Part shown: in pieces, positions 11,067-23,716 of the stretch | How positions within the stretch are numbered: position 1 is the first letter of the stretch | Layout: every line of letters begins with the position of its first letter | From: Balamuthia mandrillaris | Taxonomy: Eukaryota | DNA length: 64,000 nt | Assembly (NCBI GenBank): GCA_031835245.2 | Contig: JAVKOQ020000071.1 | Coordinates: 62,001 to 126,000, forward strand | Reading direction: 5' to 3' | Made by a program: the position numbers and the translations under genes | The notes under the pieces: model-generated | Database searches by the model: none | Told to the model about the DNA's origin: nothing | What the model saw: the letters and a program-made list of their open reading frames with translations, nothing else

Positions 11067-11634
11067 GCAATGCAAAACAGACTTGCATCAGTCGGTGCTC
11101 TCTGTTGATATATATCATCCTCTTTGAAAATAAAGATGAGAAGAGAAGGAAAAAAAACCTTTTTGGTTGGATTGTTGGAGTTTTAACACCATTTTTATAT
11201 TGTCTTCATGTTTTCAGCATTGAAACAAACCAACTACAGTAATAAACCTTTTTGTCTCACAAGAGAGCTGTTCAACAACATTGATTCAGACTTGAGGAAT
11301 CAATGAAAGATGATCAAGAAACAAAGTGAGGAGAGGAAAGGAGTTGGAAGGAAATGTGAAGGAAGGTGAGAGAAACATAAGCAACGATTGAAACGAGACG
11401 AAACCTCAACGTCTGAGGACAGTACGCGAAAAGAGAGAGGGGAGAGCACAGGCCCAGGAAGAAGAAGTGGCTGCTGCGACCAAGACTTATTATTGTCGAC
11501 ATTTTTAATTATTACAATTATCGATACACGAAGAAAATAATTGTTTCGTGTAGCAAAGAGAGCAAAACAATGACTCCTCGGGATGTCGACAAAAAATCCT
11601 CAACGGAAAAGAAAAAAAAGTTAAAGAGATTCGA

Positions 11635-13399
11635 ATGCAGGACAACAACAACGCAACGACAGCAGCAGCCGCTTCCTCCCGGAGCCAAGACACGAGCCAC
11701 AGGGGTGGGCAACCTTCCGACACATCCTCCGCAACGCGCTCTTCTTCTTGTCCTTCTTCTGCCAATCCATCATCATCAACCTCCTCGAGGGTGACAACCA
11801 TGACTGCCCGATCGGAAATCGCCGGAAGCCATGCTTCCTCCTCTCCGCAACCGCATCCGCACCATCCTCATTCACAACACTGCGGTTGTTGTGAGCCATC
11901 TCTCCAAAATAATAACCAGGTTCCGTTATATTTTTTTTTTTCAAAGCAAAGATTTTCTCATCGGGTGTTCGAGACTAATCTCTCTCTCTCTCTTTGTTTT
12001 TTTTTAAAGCAGCAGCAGCCACAGCCACAGCCACAGCCACAAGAAGATACGTGGACCGTTTGGTGGGAAGAGCTACGCGTGCTCATTCGGCAGATCTATT
12101 CCGAAATTAAGCATAACGACGTCTTTGAAGATGGCTTTACTATCAGTTTTGAAAAAACGTATTTTCTTCGTCATTCTTTGCTTCTTGTCCTTTTCTTTCT
12201 CTGCTTTTCTCTTATCTCTCTGCTCTCTCTCTCTCTCTCTCTCTCTTCTCTGCTGCTCTCTGCTTCTTTCTTCTCTCTCTCTTCTCTCTCTTCTCTCTCT
12301 TCTCTCTCTCTCTCTTCGCTTTTTCCTCTTCTCTAGTTGTTTGTTTAGCTGTTTTTCTGCTTTGCTTCTCTCTCTCTCTCTCTCTCTCTTTCTCTTTCTC
12401 TCTCTCTGTTTCTTTCTCTCCTCTTTGCTAACGAAGACGAACTAACCCCAACAAATACAAACGATTGATAATAAGCTACAATTTGGTCTATCGATTGTGC
12501 AAACATGACCCCGAACTGCTGTTCTACAAGTTGGAAAAGGAGGCGCGCATCTGGCTCGAATCCATGTGCAAAGGTCTTGTTGCTCAGTTGTCTTATCTTA
12601 CACGTACGTGTCTTCTCTTCCTTCTCGCTTCTTTCCTCCCTCCTTATCTTCATCTCACAAGAGCATAATATTTCAGTAAACAAGCCAGACACAGCGGCTG
12701 CTTTTCTTCTCCTTTTGCTCAACAAATACGAAGATCTCTGCAGCGCCAACGAGATCTTCAACGGCGTTTTCATCTACCTTCACAACTGCTTTTTGAAACA
12801 GTTTGATGTGACTTTGGGAGACATCAACAAAGGTCTCTTTTGGGACCTCATTCAATCGGATCCAGTCTTGCAGCTTCACATTCCACATTTAAAGTCGCAG
12901 TTGAAGAAGAACGACGCGGTGTTGCAGCAGTACCTTCGGTTGGAGAAGAAGATGAAGAAGGCACGGCTAAGATGGAAGAAGTTAAAGAAGCAATTCCAGA
13001 TGTACGAACAGGAGCGTGCGAACATGGTTTCCTCTTTCTTCATATTTTTTTTTCTTTTCCACTTTTTTCCCGTTGTCCTTTGCTTTCTTACTCACGCTTG
13101 TTTCTACTAATCTCGTTTTCAGGCAAGAGAAGCAAGGCTAAAAGCTGAATGTCAACAGCTTTTAAGCAAACGATGCCAACATCATCAGCATCATCACCAT
13201 CTATGTTGTCAACCACAACAGCAGCAGCAGCAACAAAGTCCAGTGGAAAAACCAGTTCCACATGCGACTGCCGCTTGTTGTCCTCACCATCATCATCACA
13301 ATCATTCTGGCTCTGTGACTTGCAAACATGTACGTGTTTGCATTTCATTTTCATTTCTTTATGCTTAGTTTTATTCATTTCGTGTTCTCTTTTTCGTTT

Positions 13400-13440
<41 letters not shown>

Positions 13441-14424
13441 ATGTACGACCTTTATTAGCAGGATTCTCGTCCAATAGATACAGAGCGTTCAGCTTCTACT
13501 GCCATAACCCAAAAGAAAACGGCACCTCCTTCTCCTTCTCCTTCCATTCAGGATGCGAAAATAGTTTCTGCACCCTCTCCCGCTCCCGCTCCCGGTTCCG
13601 CTTTGTCTTTGGCTTCTTCTCCTTCAACTTCTGTTATTCCTCCTCATTCACATTATCGTCATCCACCGCCTAATTATACTCCTCCTCCTCCTCCTCCTTT
13701 ACAACAACAAAGTGCTCAAAAACAACCAGTTATCGTGGATGATAGACCATTAGAAGAACTGCTGTCTTTCATAAATGGAAGCAAACCGCATCAACAACAA
13801 CAAGCAGCCAGCAAAGCAGCACGCAATGCCAAACGGAAGCAACGCAAGAAACAGCAGCAGAAAAAGAAGAAAGAGGAGGCCACAAAACAAGCAGAGGCTG
13901 GTTTTGTGGAAAAGGCAGAAGACCACCACTCTGTTGCTTCTAAAACTGAGTTAACAAAGAACAACTACCCTGCTTCTTCTACTACTTCGTCCTCTTCAAA
14001 TTCACCCTCTGCTTCTCCTTCTTCATCTCCTTCTCTCTCCTCCAATAACAAAGCGCAAGAAGTTCTTCCTTCTCCCTCTCATTCTTCTTCTTCTTCTTCT
14101 TCTTCAACTCCTACAAGTCTCGCCGAACGAATGGCTCAGTTCACCTCCTTCCCTCACTTTTGGGAGGAAGAAGACCTGGACGCCGAGATGGACCCTGCCT
14201 TGCGCGCTCGTCAGGATGAGGAAGTGGAGGCCTTTCGAAGAAGGTTGGAGAGCGTCAGTCGCCAGAACGCAACCACAACCAACAACAACCACAACCACAA
14301 CAACAAAAGCAACAAAAGCTGCTTGATGAGTTTCGAGGGATCCGCGTGGAAGGCGCTGAGCGAAATGTGTCGCGCGCAGAGAGAGAGCTATCACCAACAG
14401 TCGCGCATGAGTTTTGTGGAGTGA
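11635..14424 (+). CDS. FAM193-like protein (multi-exon)
   Basis: LCKHDPELLFYKLEKEARIWLESM...FLLLLLNKYEDLC...LKQFDVTLGDINKGLF resembles the FAM193A N-terminal region. C-terminal DDRPLEELLSFING and QDEEVEAFRRRL motifs. Confidence 0.7.
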
Positions 14425-14600
14425 GAAGGAGAAAGTGGAGGGTGGAACGAACATCACTGTCTCTCTCTCTCTTTTGTTTTCTTTATTCGAAAAACAACAA
14501 AAAAAAATATACTTTTTATCTACAATTGTTCGTTTGTCTGAGAAAGAAGAAAGTAAGGAAGAGAGAGGAGGAGGGAAGAATGGTTTGGTTGTGTTTTTTG

Positions 14601-14730
14601 TTAGAAGAGGACGCAGTTGTCTTCTTTCTTGACTTCGGGCGCTGTGGACTTTTCGATCTCTGCGATGAGCGCTAAGAAAGTGTCCGCTGTGTATTTGGAC
14701 CATTTGGGTAAGAACAAGCAACGATGAATG

Positions 14731-14766
<36 letters not shown>

Positions 14767-15180
14767 CATTGAATAGAGAAGACAGAGAGAGAAAAAAAAA
14801 CACGAAAAATAGCGTACAAATATTTTCGTTATGTTTAGCCGAGCACTCCATAAACGCACATTTGAGCTCCTCCTCCGCCACACGTCTTCCCTCCTCCGTG
14901 GAAATGGCTCGCTCCAACTGCAAATCGCTCTTGTTGCCAACGAGCACGCGAGGCACGTCGTTCTTGCCACAAGCATCCAAAATCTTCTCGTTGAGCACTT
15001 TGACAATCTCGAGAGAGGAGCGAGAAGCTACCGAGTATACGAGGAGGTAGCCATGAATGCCAACGCTCCCCCGGAATGGAAAAATGGAGTGTTCATCCTG
15101 TTCACGTAAAAAACAACGTAAGAGAAAGCGGAAAGAGTACAAAGAAAAAGAGATATAGCTAGAGCAATAAAAACATAATG

Positions 15181-15250
<70 letters not shown>

Positions 15251-15437
15251 AGGGACAGAACGGAACGCAAAGGAGAGCAAGGTAGGAAAAACAAGAGAAA
15301 GAGAGGAGAAAGCACGAGGAGGAAAACACAACGAAGAGAGGAAGAAAGAAGACACGACGAGGAAGAAATATGAAAGAAAAAAGAAAGGGAGGAAGAGAGA
15401 AGAAAAAGGAGAGAGAGGGAGAGAGAGGGAAAGAGAA

Positions 15438-15469
<32 letters not shown>

Positions 15470-15660
15470 AGACGAAGAGAGAGAGAAGCGGAAAACCTGT
15501 CCAGCGGTGTCAATGATCTCGGTCTCGTAGTCGGTGCCTTTGTATTTGATGACCTTGGTGAAGGTGTTCTCTATGGTCGGGTTATAGCTATCTACAAAAT
15601 GGTTTTCAGTAAACTGGATCGTTATCGCTGATTTTCCTGTTTTCATTTTGTTGATAATCA

Positions 15661-15700
<40 letters not shown>

Positions 15701-15902
15701 CGAAAAGGTTAATCAACAAAAAGCTTTAAAAAAAAGTAAAACGGAGTTTTTTGGAAATGTTTTTCTGCATCTTAAAGTCGAAGAAGAAGAAAAAAGGAGA
15801 GAACAAGGGGGGGGAAGAAGAGGAATCGAGAAGACCGAAAAACGTACCGACAGCACGAAAGCCCATCACGGCCACTTTGCGTTGTTTCTTGTAGCTTGAC
15901 AT
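14601..15902 (-). CDS. RHEB: Rheb small GTPase
   Basis: KVAVMGFRAVGKS, FVDSYNPTIENTF (Rheb effector region), DTAGQDE, GNKSD, SAK, and C-terminal CAAX CVLF. Three GT-AG introns. Confidence 0.93.
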
Positions 15903-16183
15903 TTATTTATTTATTTTTCTTGGGGTGGTACTTTAAACAAGAGCTTCTTGGCCACAAAACACTGGACGATCGCGACCTTTACTTCTACTGCGATGGTCAC
16001 CTTGCGAAATGGGTTGTCGAAACGGAAGAGGAAGTGAAAGGCAAAGAGCAAGAGAAAGAAAAGGAAGAAAAAAAGGAATAACTGTTTTTTTTCTCTTGCT
16101 CTTTATGTATCAGCACCAGCAAAAGCAGAAAGAAAGAGAAGTGGGAGAAGTGTTGAAGTGGGAGATGTGTTATTTCAATGAGT

Positions 16184-16888
16184 TTATTCTTTTTCCTCGT
16201 CCTCTTCTTCCTCTCCCTCCCCCTCCCCTTCCCCCTCCCCTTCCCCCTCCTCCTCCTGTTGTAGCGGTGCCTCTCCAAGGAATAGGGCCAAGCGGAGGCG
16301 TTTGCGGGCGAAGGTGCCTTGCTGGATACAGGCCGGTTGAAGAAAGGCTGAAAGAGAGAGATCCTGTAGCTCACTCTCGCTGCCGCTGCCGCCACCCCCG
16401 CCGCCGCCGCCTCTGCCGCCGCCGCCGCGGACACTAACTTTTGAAGCATCGTTCACTTCCTCCTCCAGTCGGCGTTCTTCTGAAGGGGAGAGCAGGGGTT
16501 CACATCCCCACGGAGCTACAGTGAGGTGCTCGTTGGGCGCCCTCTCTCCGCCTCTCGCCAGCCTCTTGCGTTTGCGAGAGCCCTGGAGCCGTTGGGGCTC
16601 TGTCCCCGGCGCGGCGGTCACTCTGGCGTTTTGCCTACGAGCTTGCCCGCCGCCGACTACGCCAGTCTGTAGGGCGCGCGCGCTCGTGGTCCGGGTAGCC
16701 ACCGAGCCAGTTGGCGGCGCCTCAGCTTTCCGTTTGTGAAACGCCCCACGCACCTGCGGGGGAGTGGATCGGCAAGGTTGGAGGAAGCAGCCATGCTCTT
16801 CTGAAGAAAGCTGTGCCCGTGGGGCACCGGCGACGCCAAACTTAGCAGGTCCTTGTAGGGGTGAAGTGGTGAGCCCATGGTAAGCCAT
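16184..16888 (-). CDS. Hypothetical protein with acidic C-terminal tail
   Basis: 234-aa GC-rich ORF starting next to an AT-rich intergenic region. No recognised domain. Confidence 0.45.
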   Translation of the reverse strand: MAYHGLTTSPLQGPAKFGVAGAPRAQLSSEEHGCFLQPCRSTPPQVRGAFHKRKAEAPPTGSVATRTTSARALQTGVVGGGQARRQNARVTAAPGTEPQRLQGSRKRKRLARGGERAPNEHLTVAPWGCEPLLSPSEERRLEEEVNDASKVSVRGGGGRGGGGGGGGSGSESELQDLSLSAFLQPACIQQGTFARKRLRLALFLGEAPLQQEEEGEGEGEGEGEGEEEEDEEKE

Positions 16889-17266
16889 TCCGTCTTGTTA
16901 GGTTGTCTTGTGTTGCTTTTAGGCGGGAAAAAAAAAGAGCGCATACTGTTTTTTACCGTCATCAAAAAAAAAAACCGATAGAGAGCAAGGGAGAGAGGGA
17001 GAGAGAGGGAGAGAGGGAGGAAAGGACGAGACAAAAATTTCGCAGAAGCTTTCAAGTTGGCAACGGAACAAAAATTGGGCAAGGTTCTCTGTACTTTCTG
17101 TGAGTTCCATGCGTGTCAGTTTTTTGGGCAAACCGCAAAATGGCCCCAAGCTAATGAAAGTTTATTGCGCTTTTTTTTTCCAAATCACGATAATTTTGGT
17201 TTTCGCCTGCACGTGCACTTCAAAAACAACGAAGGAAGGGAGGAGGAACCTGCTCGCGCACCGCCC

Positions 17267-18881
17267 ATGGCTTCCTCGTCAGCGTCATTGCCTGCCGCCT
17301 TGGAGCAAGAAGTGGAGGCAGTAGCCACGTTTTGCAAACTGTGTTCTCTGTTGACCAAGCCGCGAACGGAACAACAACCCCACTGGGACCTGCAGGGCAG
17401 GCTACGCCTTAGCCTTCCCGCCACACCCAACGCTTTGCTAGTGGAGCTGGTTGCTGCTGAGCAGCAGCGCCAAGTCTTTGTGGAGGAGACCTCTGTGGTT
17501 CTGGTCCGAGACTACAGCGACCTTTCCCAGGAAAGCGCGGCTCACCTTCGACGCAAGGTCATGCCGGACATCGCCACACAGTACATGGAGGACCTCAAGG
17601 ACTGGGACGGACAGCAGGCGCCGCCGCCTGAGCTATTCATTGAGGCCACGCTGGTGCACGCCAGGACAGCAGAGCCCGGTTTTGTGCTGCAGATCCGCCC
17701 GCAAGAGGACGGCAGTGGGCTTGAGCTCAACTCCTGGCGGCTCATGGGGGACATCCTTCATCGTATGGGCGCGGTCCTCGAGTGCATGGACATGATGGTC
17801 AAGCAGCACCTACTGTTCCAGGAGGTTCGGGTGGTTTGGAAGAAACGCAAAGCAGGAGCACCCACCCGAGGCCCTGTTCGCCCTCCTTTTAAAGCAAGCT
17901 ATTCATCCCTGACTAATAATCCCCTCCAAACGCCGCCAACGGCACCAAGCCCAACTCTCCTTGTGCTGGACCCAGCACAAGGAGAGGACATCGCGCTCGC
18001 CTCAGCAGCCACATCGAAAGGTTGTAGTAGCAACGGTAGTGGGAGCACCAGCACCAGCAGTAGCAGCAGCAGCATCAGAAGAGAACAACGATCTCACCAA
18101 GCAGGGCACGAGGTGGTGCATGAATCCCATCTTTCCGCCACCCCTCAACCAGTCGGTGCCAAACGGGAACCCCTGCCTCACTTGCATGGGCCGTTGGGCA
18201 GCTCCTCACACAAACGCCGCAGGCTGACCCTTCCTCTTGTCCACGTTCTCTCACGGGTGGAGAAGGGAAAGGAGAAGGAAAAGGAACAAGTGGAGGAGAG
18301 GGAGGAGGAGGAAGAAGAAGAGGAGGAGGAGGAAGCGGAGGAAGCGGACGCGGAAGAGGAGGAGGAGGAGGAGGAGGAGGAGGAGGAGGAGGAGGAGGAG
18401 GAGGAGGAGGAGGGAGAGGGAGGAGGAAGGGGAAGCAGCAGAGGAAGACGACGGTGATTACAACGCGGTGGAGGGACGGTTCTGCTGGCAGGACATATAC
18501 GGTTTGATCCCTAGGAACCAGCGCAAGCATCTCATGTGCATCCTGGTGCCAGGCAACAGGATGTGGGTGTGCTCCGCCTGTTGCGTGAACAATGTCAAGA
18601 AACATCGTGGGCACCAACCTGTGAAGAAAAGGTCCCTGCACAGACGCTTTTCCCAACATGTGCGCAAGATGCACGCAGAGCTCTTCACCACCCATCCCAA
18701 CCTGGGCAACGAGCAGTGGGGCTGCACAGTTGGCACAGTGTTACAAGTGAGCAACGGTAGTTTCACCAAGAGCCATCGCATCACAGTACCTGAGCTCATC
18801 AAGCTGAACCGATTGGCAGCAGATGGCGAGATGGTGCCCGTGTGCCAGCCCAACGTTCGCAGTCGCCTCAACCTGGCGTGA
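17267..18881 (+). CDS. Hypothetical protein with poly-Glu linker and C-terminal Cys/His (zinc-finger-like) region; apparent frameshift in the (GAG)n tract near 18410
   Basis: Long coding-like ORF to the poly-E tract. It continues in a second frame with WVCSACC...FSQHVRKMH. Confidence 0.6.
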
Positions 18882-19241
18882 CTGTGCGACAGTCACTACC
18901 TACCACCAATCTATTTGTTTATTTTTGTACAAAAACGTTTCCTGCCGTCTCTCCTCTCCGTGCTTTTCTTTCTCTAGTGGTGCTATGGGTGATAGCTTAA
19001 GGGTTTCGGATATTAGAGGCAGAGAGGAGAAGGCCAGCGTAGAGGCTGGTGCGAGGCGGAGAAGAGAGAGAGAGAGAGAGAGAGAGAAGTTATTTTATTT
19101 ATTTATTTATTTATTTATTTTTTTGGCGAAACCCTTGTGGCTCCTGCTACACCTCCTGCTTCACCCACACGCGGGCGGCGTCGCCCCCGAAAATTGATTG
19201 GTGCCACACCCACACTCAGACACACTCACTGACCTCCGCAG

Positions 19242-20557
19242 ATGCAAAGTAAGAAACGAAAAATAGAACCGAAAGAACCAGACGACCCATCCAGCAAGGA
19301 ACGAAGAACAGCAAAAAGCCCCCAAAGAAAAAACGCTCGCTGCCACATAAACGGATGCAAAAGGCCAAGTAAAAGGTGTGACTATGGCATGTGCCGAGCG
19401 CACTGCCAGCGACTGCACGAGTGGGCTTCCCTTGGTCCTTGTGCAGGACACACTGCAACCAAGCCAGGGCGTAACAGGGCCAACTCTCCCACTTCCAGTC
19501 CCAATGGGTCAACAACCATTGTGCCTCCTTCAGCACTGCCTCTTCCTCTTCCTTCCCCTTTGGCTTCCTCCTCCTCCACCGCCTCTGCTCCCTCCTCCTC
19601 CTCCTCCTCCTCCTCTGGTTCAGCACTGCCTCCTGCTCTTCCTTCCCCTTTGGCTTCCTCCTCCTCCTCCTCCTCCTCCTCCTCCTCCTCCTCCCTCCTC
19701 CTCCTCCTCCTCCTCCTCCTCCTCCTCCTCCTCCTCCTCCTCCTCCTCCTCCTCCTCCTCCTCCTCCTCTTCTCCTTCGACTTCCATCGCCGCTATGGTG
19801 GCTGCTCGGCATCGAGCAATCGGCGACGGCACGCAACGACCAACAAGAGTGAGAGTGAAGGTGAAAAGGGGAATCGTTTTTGGGCACAAAGCGTGGAAGT
19901 TGGAGAAAGAAACGGAGGAGCAGCACACTCACGGTTGGACAGCTTTCGTGAAAGGTCCTCCTGGCGACAGGGACATATCCTACTTTGTGAAAAAAGTGGT
20001 GTTTCAATTGGATCCGAGCTTCAAAAAACCACATAAACGAGGTTCTCGCTTCTCTTCTCTCTTCTCTCCTTCACTTTCACTTGCTTCTCTAGATGTACTG
20101 ACATGGGCCGGATGGAGCAGTGGTGAACAAGCCACCATTCAAAATAACGGCAACGGCTTACGAGTCATTCGACCTTGGTATTTGGCTCCACTTTGTGGAC
20201 AAAGCAGAGGCGCCGGTGAGCCTTGGCTATTATCGTGTGCAGTTGGACGCACACGGTACGCAAATGGAATACAATGAAATCATCTTTGAGAGCCCCACCA
20301 TGCATAGCATCCTGCAAGGCAAGAGGAATGGAACGGCTCGGCCTTGGATCTCTTCAAGTTCTTCTTCTTCTTCTTCTTCTTCTTCTTCTTCTTCTTCTGC
20401 TGGTTCTTCTTCAACAACAACGACCACCCATGCTGGGACGTTCTATTGTGTGCACTGTGGGGGGCCAATACTCCAGGACCCGAGTTTTCCTCATCCTCGA
20501 TACTGCCCTCGCTGCGGCAAAGCTGCCCCTCTGCCCCCGGCGGCAGAAAGGCGATAA
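19242..20557 (+). CDS. YEATS-domain protein with N-terminal Cys/His cluster and C-terminal zinc ribbon; one extra C in (TCC)n near 19694
   Basis: GIVFGH..HTHGWTAFVKG..DISYFVKKVVFQLDPSF..VVNKPPFKITATAYESF. N-terminal CHINGC..C...CRAHC..CAGH and C-terminal CVHCG..CPRCG. Intron about 20042-20120. Confidence 0.8.
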
Positions 20558-20658
20558 ACTCAAATAATAATCACAAGCAAAGGATATAAATCCGAGTGTT
20601 TCATAAATATTCAATAAATTAAATAATATCGAAAAACAACAATAAGAGAGAAAGACTT

Positions 20659-22127
20659 TTAGGAACGATGGGAGGAGGAAGAAGAGGAGGAGGAAGAGGA
20701 GGAGGAGTTGGTAAAGTCAAAGGTGATGCAGTACGCTTTGTGAGTGCCGTTCTTCTCGAAAGAGAGAAGGTGCTCAAAGCCGATCGGTCGATGCGCGTTT
20801 TGACGAAAGTGAACGTTTCCTCTTATTGTGAAGGTTGACCACCCGATCTGTGTTTCAATTTAACATGAGAATGAGAGAGGAGAGAGAGAGAGAGAGAGAA
20901 GAGAGAACACGCAAAGGACAAACTGACCCTGGTAAACTCGAAGGGATCAGAGTTAAGAACGACGGTGGCCGGTTGGAACGATGGATGCAGAAAGACCTCC
21001 ACTTTGTCGATGTAGAGCCCAGTCGGCATTTGTGTGGCAGGTCCCAACTGTTCGTCCATTCCCAAAACTTTGATGAAAAACTTCCACTTGTGTTTATTGT
21101 ATCCTGCGTTCTAAAAGTATTGTTAATAGTTTAAACGATTCCATGTTAGTGATGACACAGATAGAACGAAGATAGAACGAATGAAGGAGGAACAGAACAA
21201 GAAGAACAAGAACAAGAAGAACAAGAACAAGAAGAACAAGAACAAGAAACAAACCTCCAAAAGTTGATGTGTGTTGCCAATAATAAGCTTCTTCTTACCG
21301 TTGAGCATTCTTGCTCGCTGTGCCTCCACCTCCTCCGCTCGTTCTTTGTACATGGTTGGAAACCTCTCCTCCACGACTGACACCAACAACACGTTGGGCT
21401 TCATCTGAGGAACAAAGAGACAGGGCTCTCGACAGAGCGGGCAGCGCGGCTTGTGGCTTACCGCCATTTGCAAGCATAACTCGCAAAAAGTGTGTCCACA
21501 CACCGTGCTCACTGTTGGGAACCAAGAAAGAAGCGGGAAGAGAGAAATGAGAAGAGAGCAGAAGCAAACGCAAGAAAAGAGAGAAAAGAAGAAGAAGAAG
21601 AAGGAGAAGAACAAGAAGAACAAGAGCAAGAAGGTGGTGAACAGAAAAACAAAACAAACCAGGTTTGTACAAGAGTTCCGTGCAAACGGGACAAGTAAAG
21701 TCAATACCAGCCTCCAACGCCAAATACTCGTCCTCCACGCTCGACTTTGTTGTTGTCGTTATCGCTGTTGAAGAGGAAGCCGAGCAAGAAGGCAAAGTAG
21801 AAGCAGAGCCTCTACGGCTCAACACTTTTTCCTCTTCCTCCTCCTCCTCTCCGTCTCCTCCTCGCTCACGGTCTGTTGCCGATGAAGAAGTGGTTGGTGG
21901 AGCGTTCATCAAAGTGGTTGTTGGCGGGAGCGGCTCCTCTGTCGTCTGTTGCTCCACTTGGTCATGATGGTCATGCTCATGGCTTTGGTGCGGGTGTTGT
22001 TGTTGGTGTTGATGGTGCTCCTCTTGTGCGTCATGTTGATGTTGTTGGAGCGAAGCAGCGGTTGATAGTTCTGTTTGTGGTGGCTCAGAAGGTGGCTGTT
22101 GTTGATGTTGTTGAGCGGAAGAAGAAG

Positions 22128-22167
<40 letters not shown>

Positions 22168-22263
22168 AGCAGAAGAAGCAGCGGAAGAAGAAGCAGCAGC
22201 AGCAGCAGCGGAAGATTTAGAGCGTCTGTCTCCGCCGCCCATCACCCGACGAAGTCTTTCCAT
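20659..22263 (-). CDS. RING-HC plus YEATS fusion protein
   Basis: CPVCTELLYKP|VSTVCGHTFCELC..CPLCR, followed by KLIIGNTH..HKWKFFIK..IDKVEVFLHPSF..DPFEFTR|IGWSTFTI. Canonical introns. Confidence 0.85.
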
Positions 22264-23108
22264 TTCGCTACGTCAAAATAAAATAAATCAAAAGTTTTAG
22301 TTTTTTAAAAAAATATAAAAACGGAAGAAGACCGGTCGGTAGGAAAAGAAAGACGAAGACAAACACCAAGGAGTAACCAAAGGATGGATCCATGAGCGCA
22401 AGCTTACCCTTGTTTTTTTTCTTCTGAAGTATTATTATGATTGTCGCTGTGGATGAATCTGTTTGGGAGCAAAATTTTTTTTTGGTTTTCGCTGATGAAT
22501 GAGAGAGCAGCAAGGTGCGAGAACCTGTTCAATCTCTTCTTGGACTGAGAATAAAGCAAGCCAAAAAAAAAACACCCCAAAGCGGGAAGCTCTCTCGCGT
22601 TGTTCCAAAAGCAAAAAAAAAATGCCTTTTACTCTTCGTTCTGTCTTTTTTTCGAGTTTTCTTCACATTCAAGCTTTGGCACGGTTTGTGGAAGCCGCCA
22701 TTTGGATGGCAACAATCGGGCTATTTCTATGGCATTCAAAGTGCAAAGATGGCGGCCAGATGGGATGCCATGCCGGTGGCGTGGTAATCCAGCGACGCAC
22801 AAAAACTGGACGGAAAAAAATGGAAAAAATCAATTTTATCAAAATTAATTGTTTTTGTCGACGCAGAGGGAAGTGGAGAAGATCCATTTTTTTTTTTGTG
22901 AAGCGAAAATAATTTTTTAGCCAACAAAAATATTCTTTTTGTCGACGGAAACTTTAACTGGCCGTTCAGAAAAATATAAAGAAAAAGCGAAAATAACGAC
23001 AAAGGGAGCTAAGCCCTCTGCATCTGATCTAATCGAATCTTCCTCTTCTGCCTCCTGCTGTAATTTTTTTTTTCCCTCTTCTATCCTTTTTTTTTCTCCC
23101 CCTTTTGA

Positions 23109-23682
23109 TTATTTATTTTGGTTCGATGGGATGCCGTACAGTTTTTTCGTTTTCTCGTTTGCTCCTTCTATTCTTTTCTCTCCTTTTGAAAAATAGGTGC
23201 AATAAAGAGGATAAGACGAAAGAACACACCAAGAATGAAGAAAAAAAAAATAATTACAGATGTACCTTTTTCATCTTCCGCAATGAGAGGAGAGTAAGTG
23301 GTTCGCATGCAACGTGTCTTATGGTCGCCGATGCCTTTCATCTTGTAGAGTACGCACCGGTAATGCACGTCTTTTTCAAGAGCGGGAGTGCACATTGGCG
23401 CCTCTGCTTCAATCGGAATTGGTTCACTCAATCTATTCCACAGCTTTATGTGTTTTTGTTAATACATAAAGAAAAAAGAGAAGAGAAAAGAGAGCGAGAG
23501 AGAGCGAGTGCGAGAGAGAGAGAGAGAGAGAGAGAAGAAGAAGAAGAAGAAGAAGAAGAAGAAGAACAGGAACTTTGTTCAAGTACTCGAGATTGTTTCC
23601 ATCCAAAGCGCCGTTCCCAATGTGAATAACTATTTCGTCCTGGTAATAAACCGAAGCAAAAAAAATAAGTGTTGGGAAAAAT

Positions 23683-23716
<34 letters not shown>

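Noticed and set aside
10272..11075. 267-aa antisense ORF over the YDGG repeat gene
   Set aside because: Codon variation is synonymous for the plus-strand protein, which also has a signal peptide.
1200..19700. Three apparent frameshifts (about 1240, 18410 and 19694) as programmed frameshifting or phase variation
   Set aside because: All lie in or next to homopolymer or simple-repeat tracts, where assembly indels are the simplest explanation. Read-level data are needed.
16184..20557. GC-rich, intron-poor block as an endogenous viral insertion
   Set aside because: No viral hallmark genes, terminal repeats or integrase were recognised.
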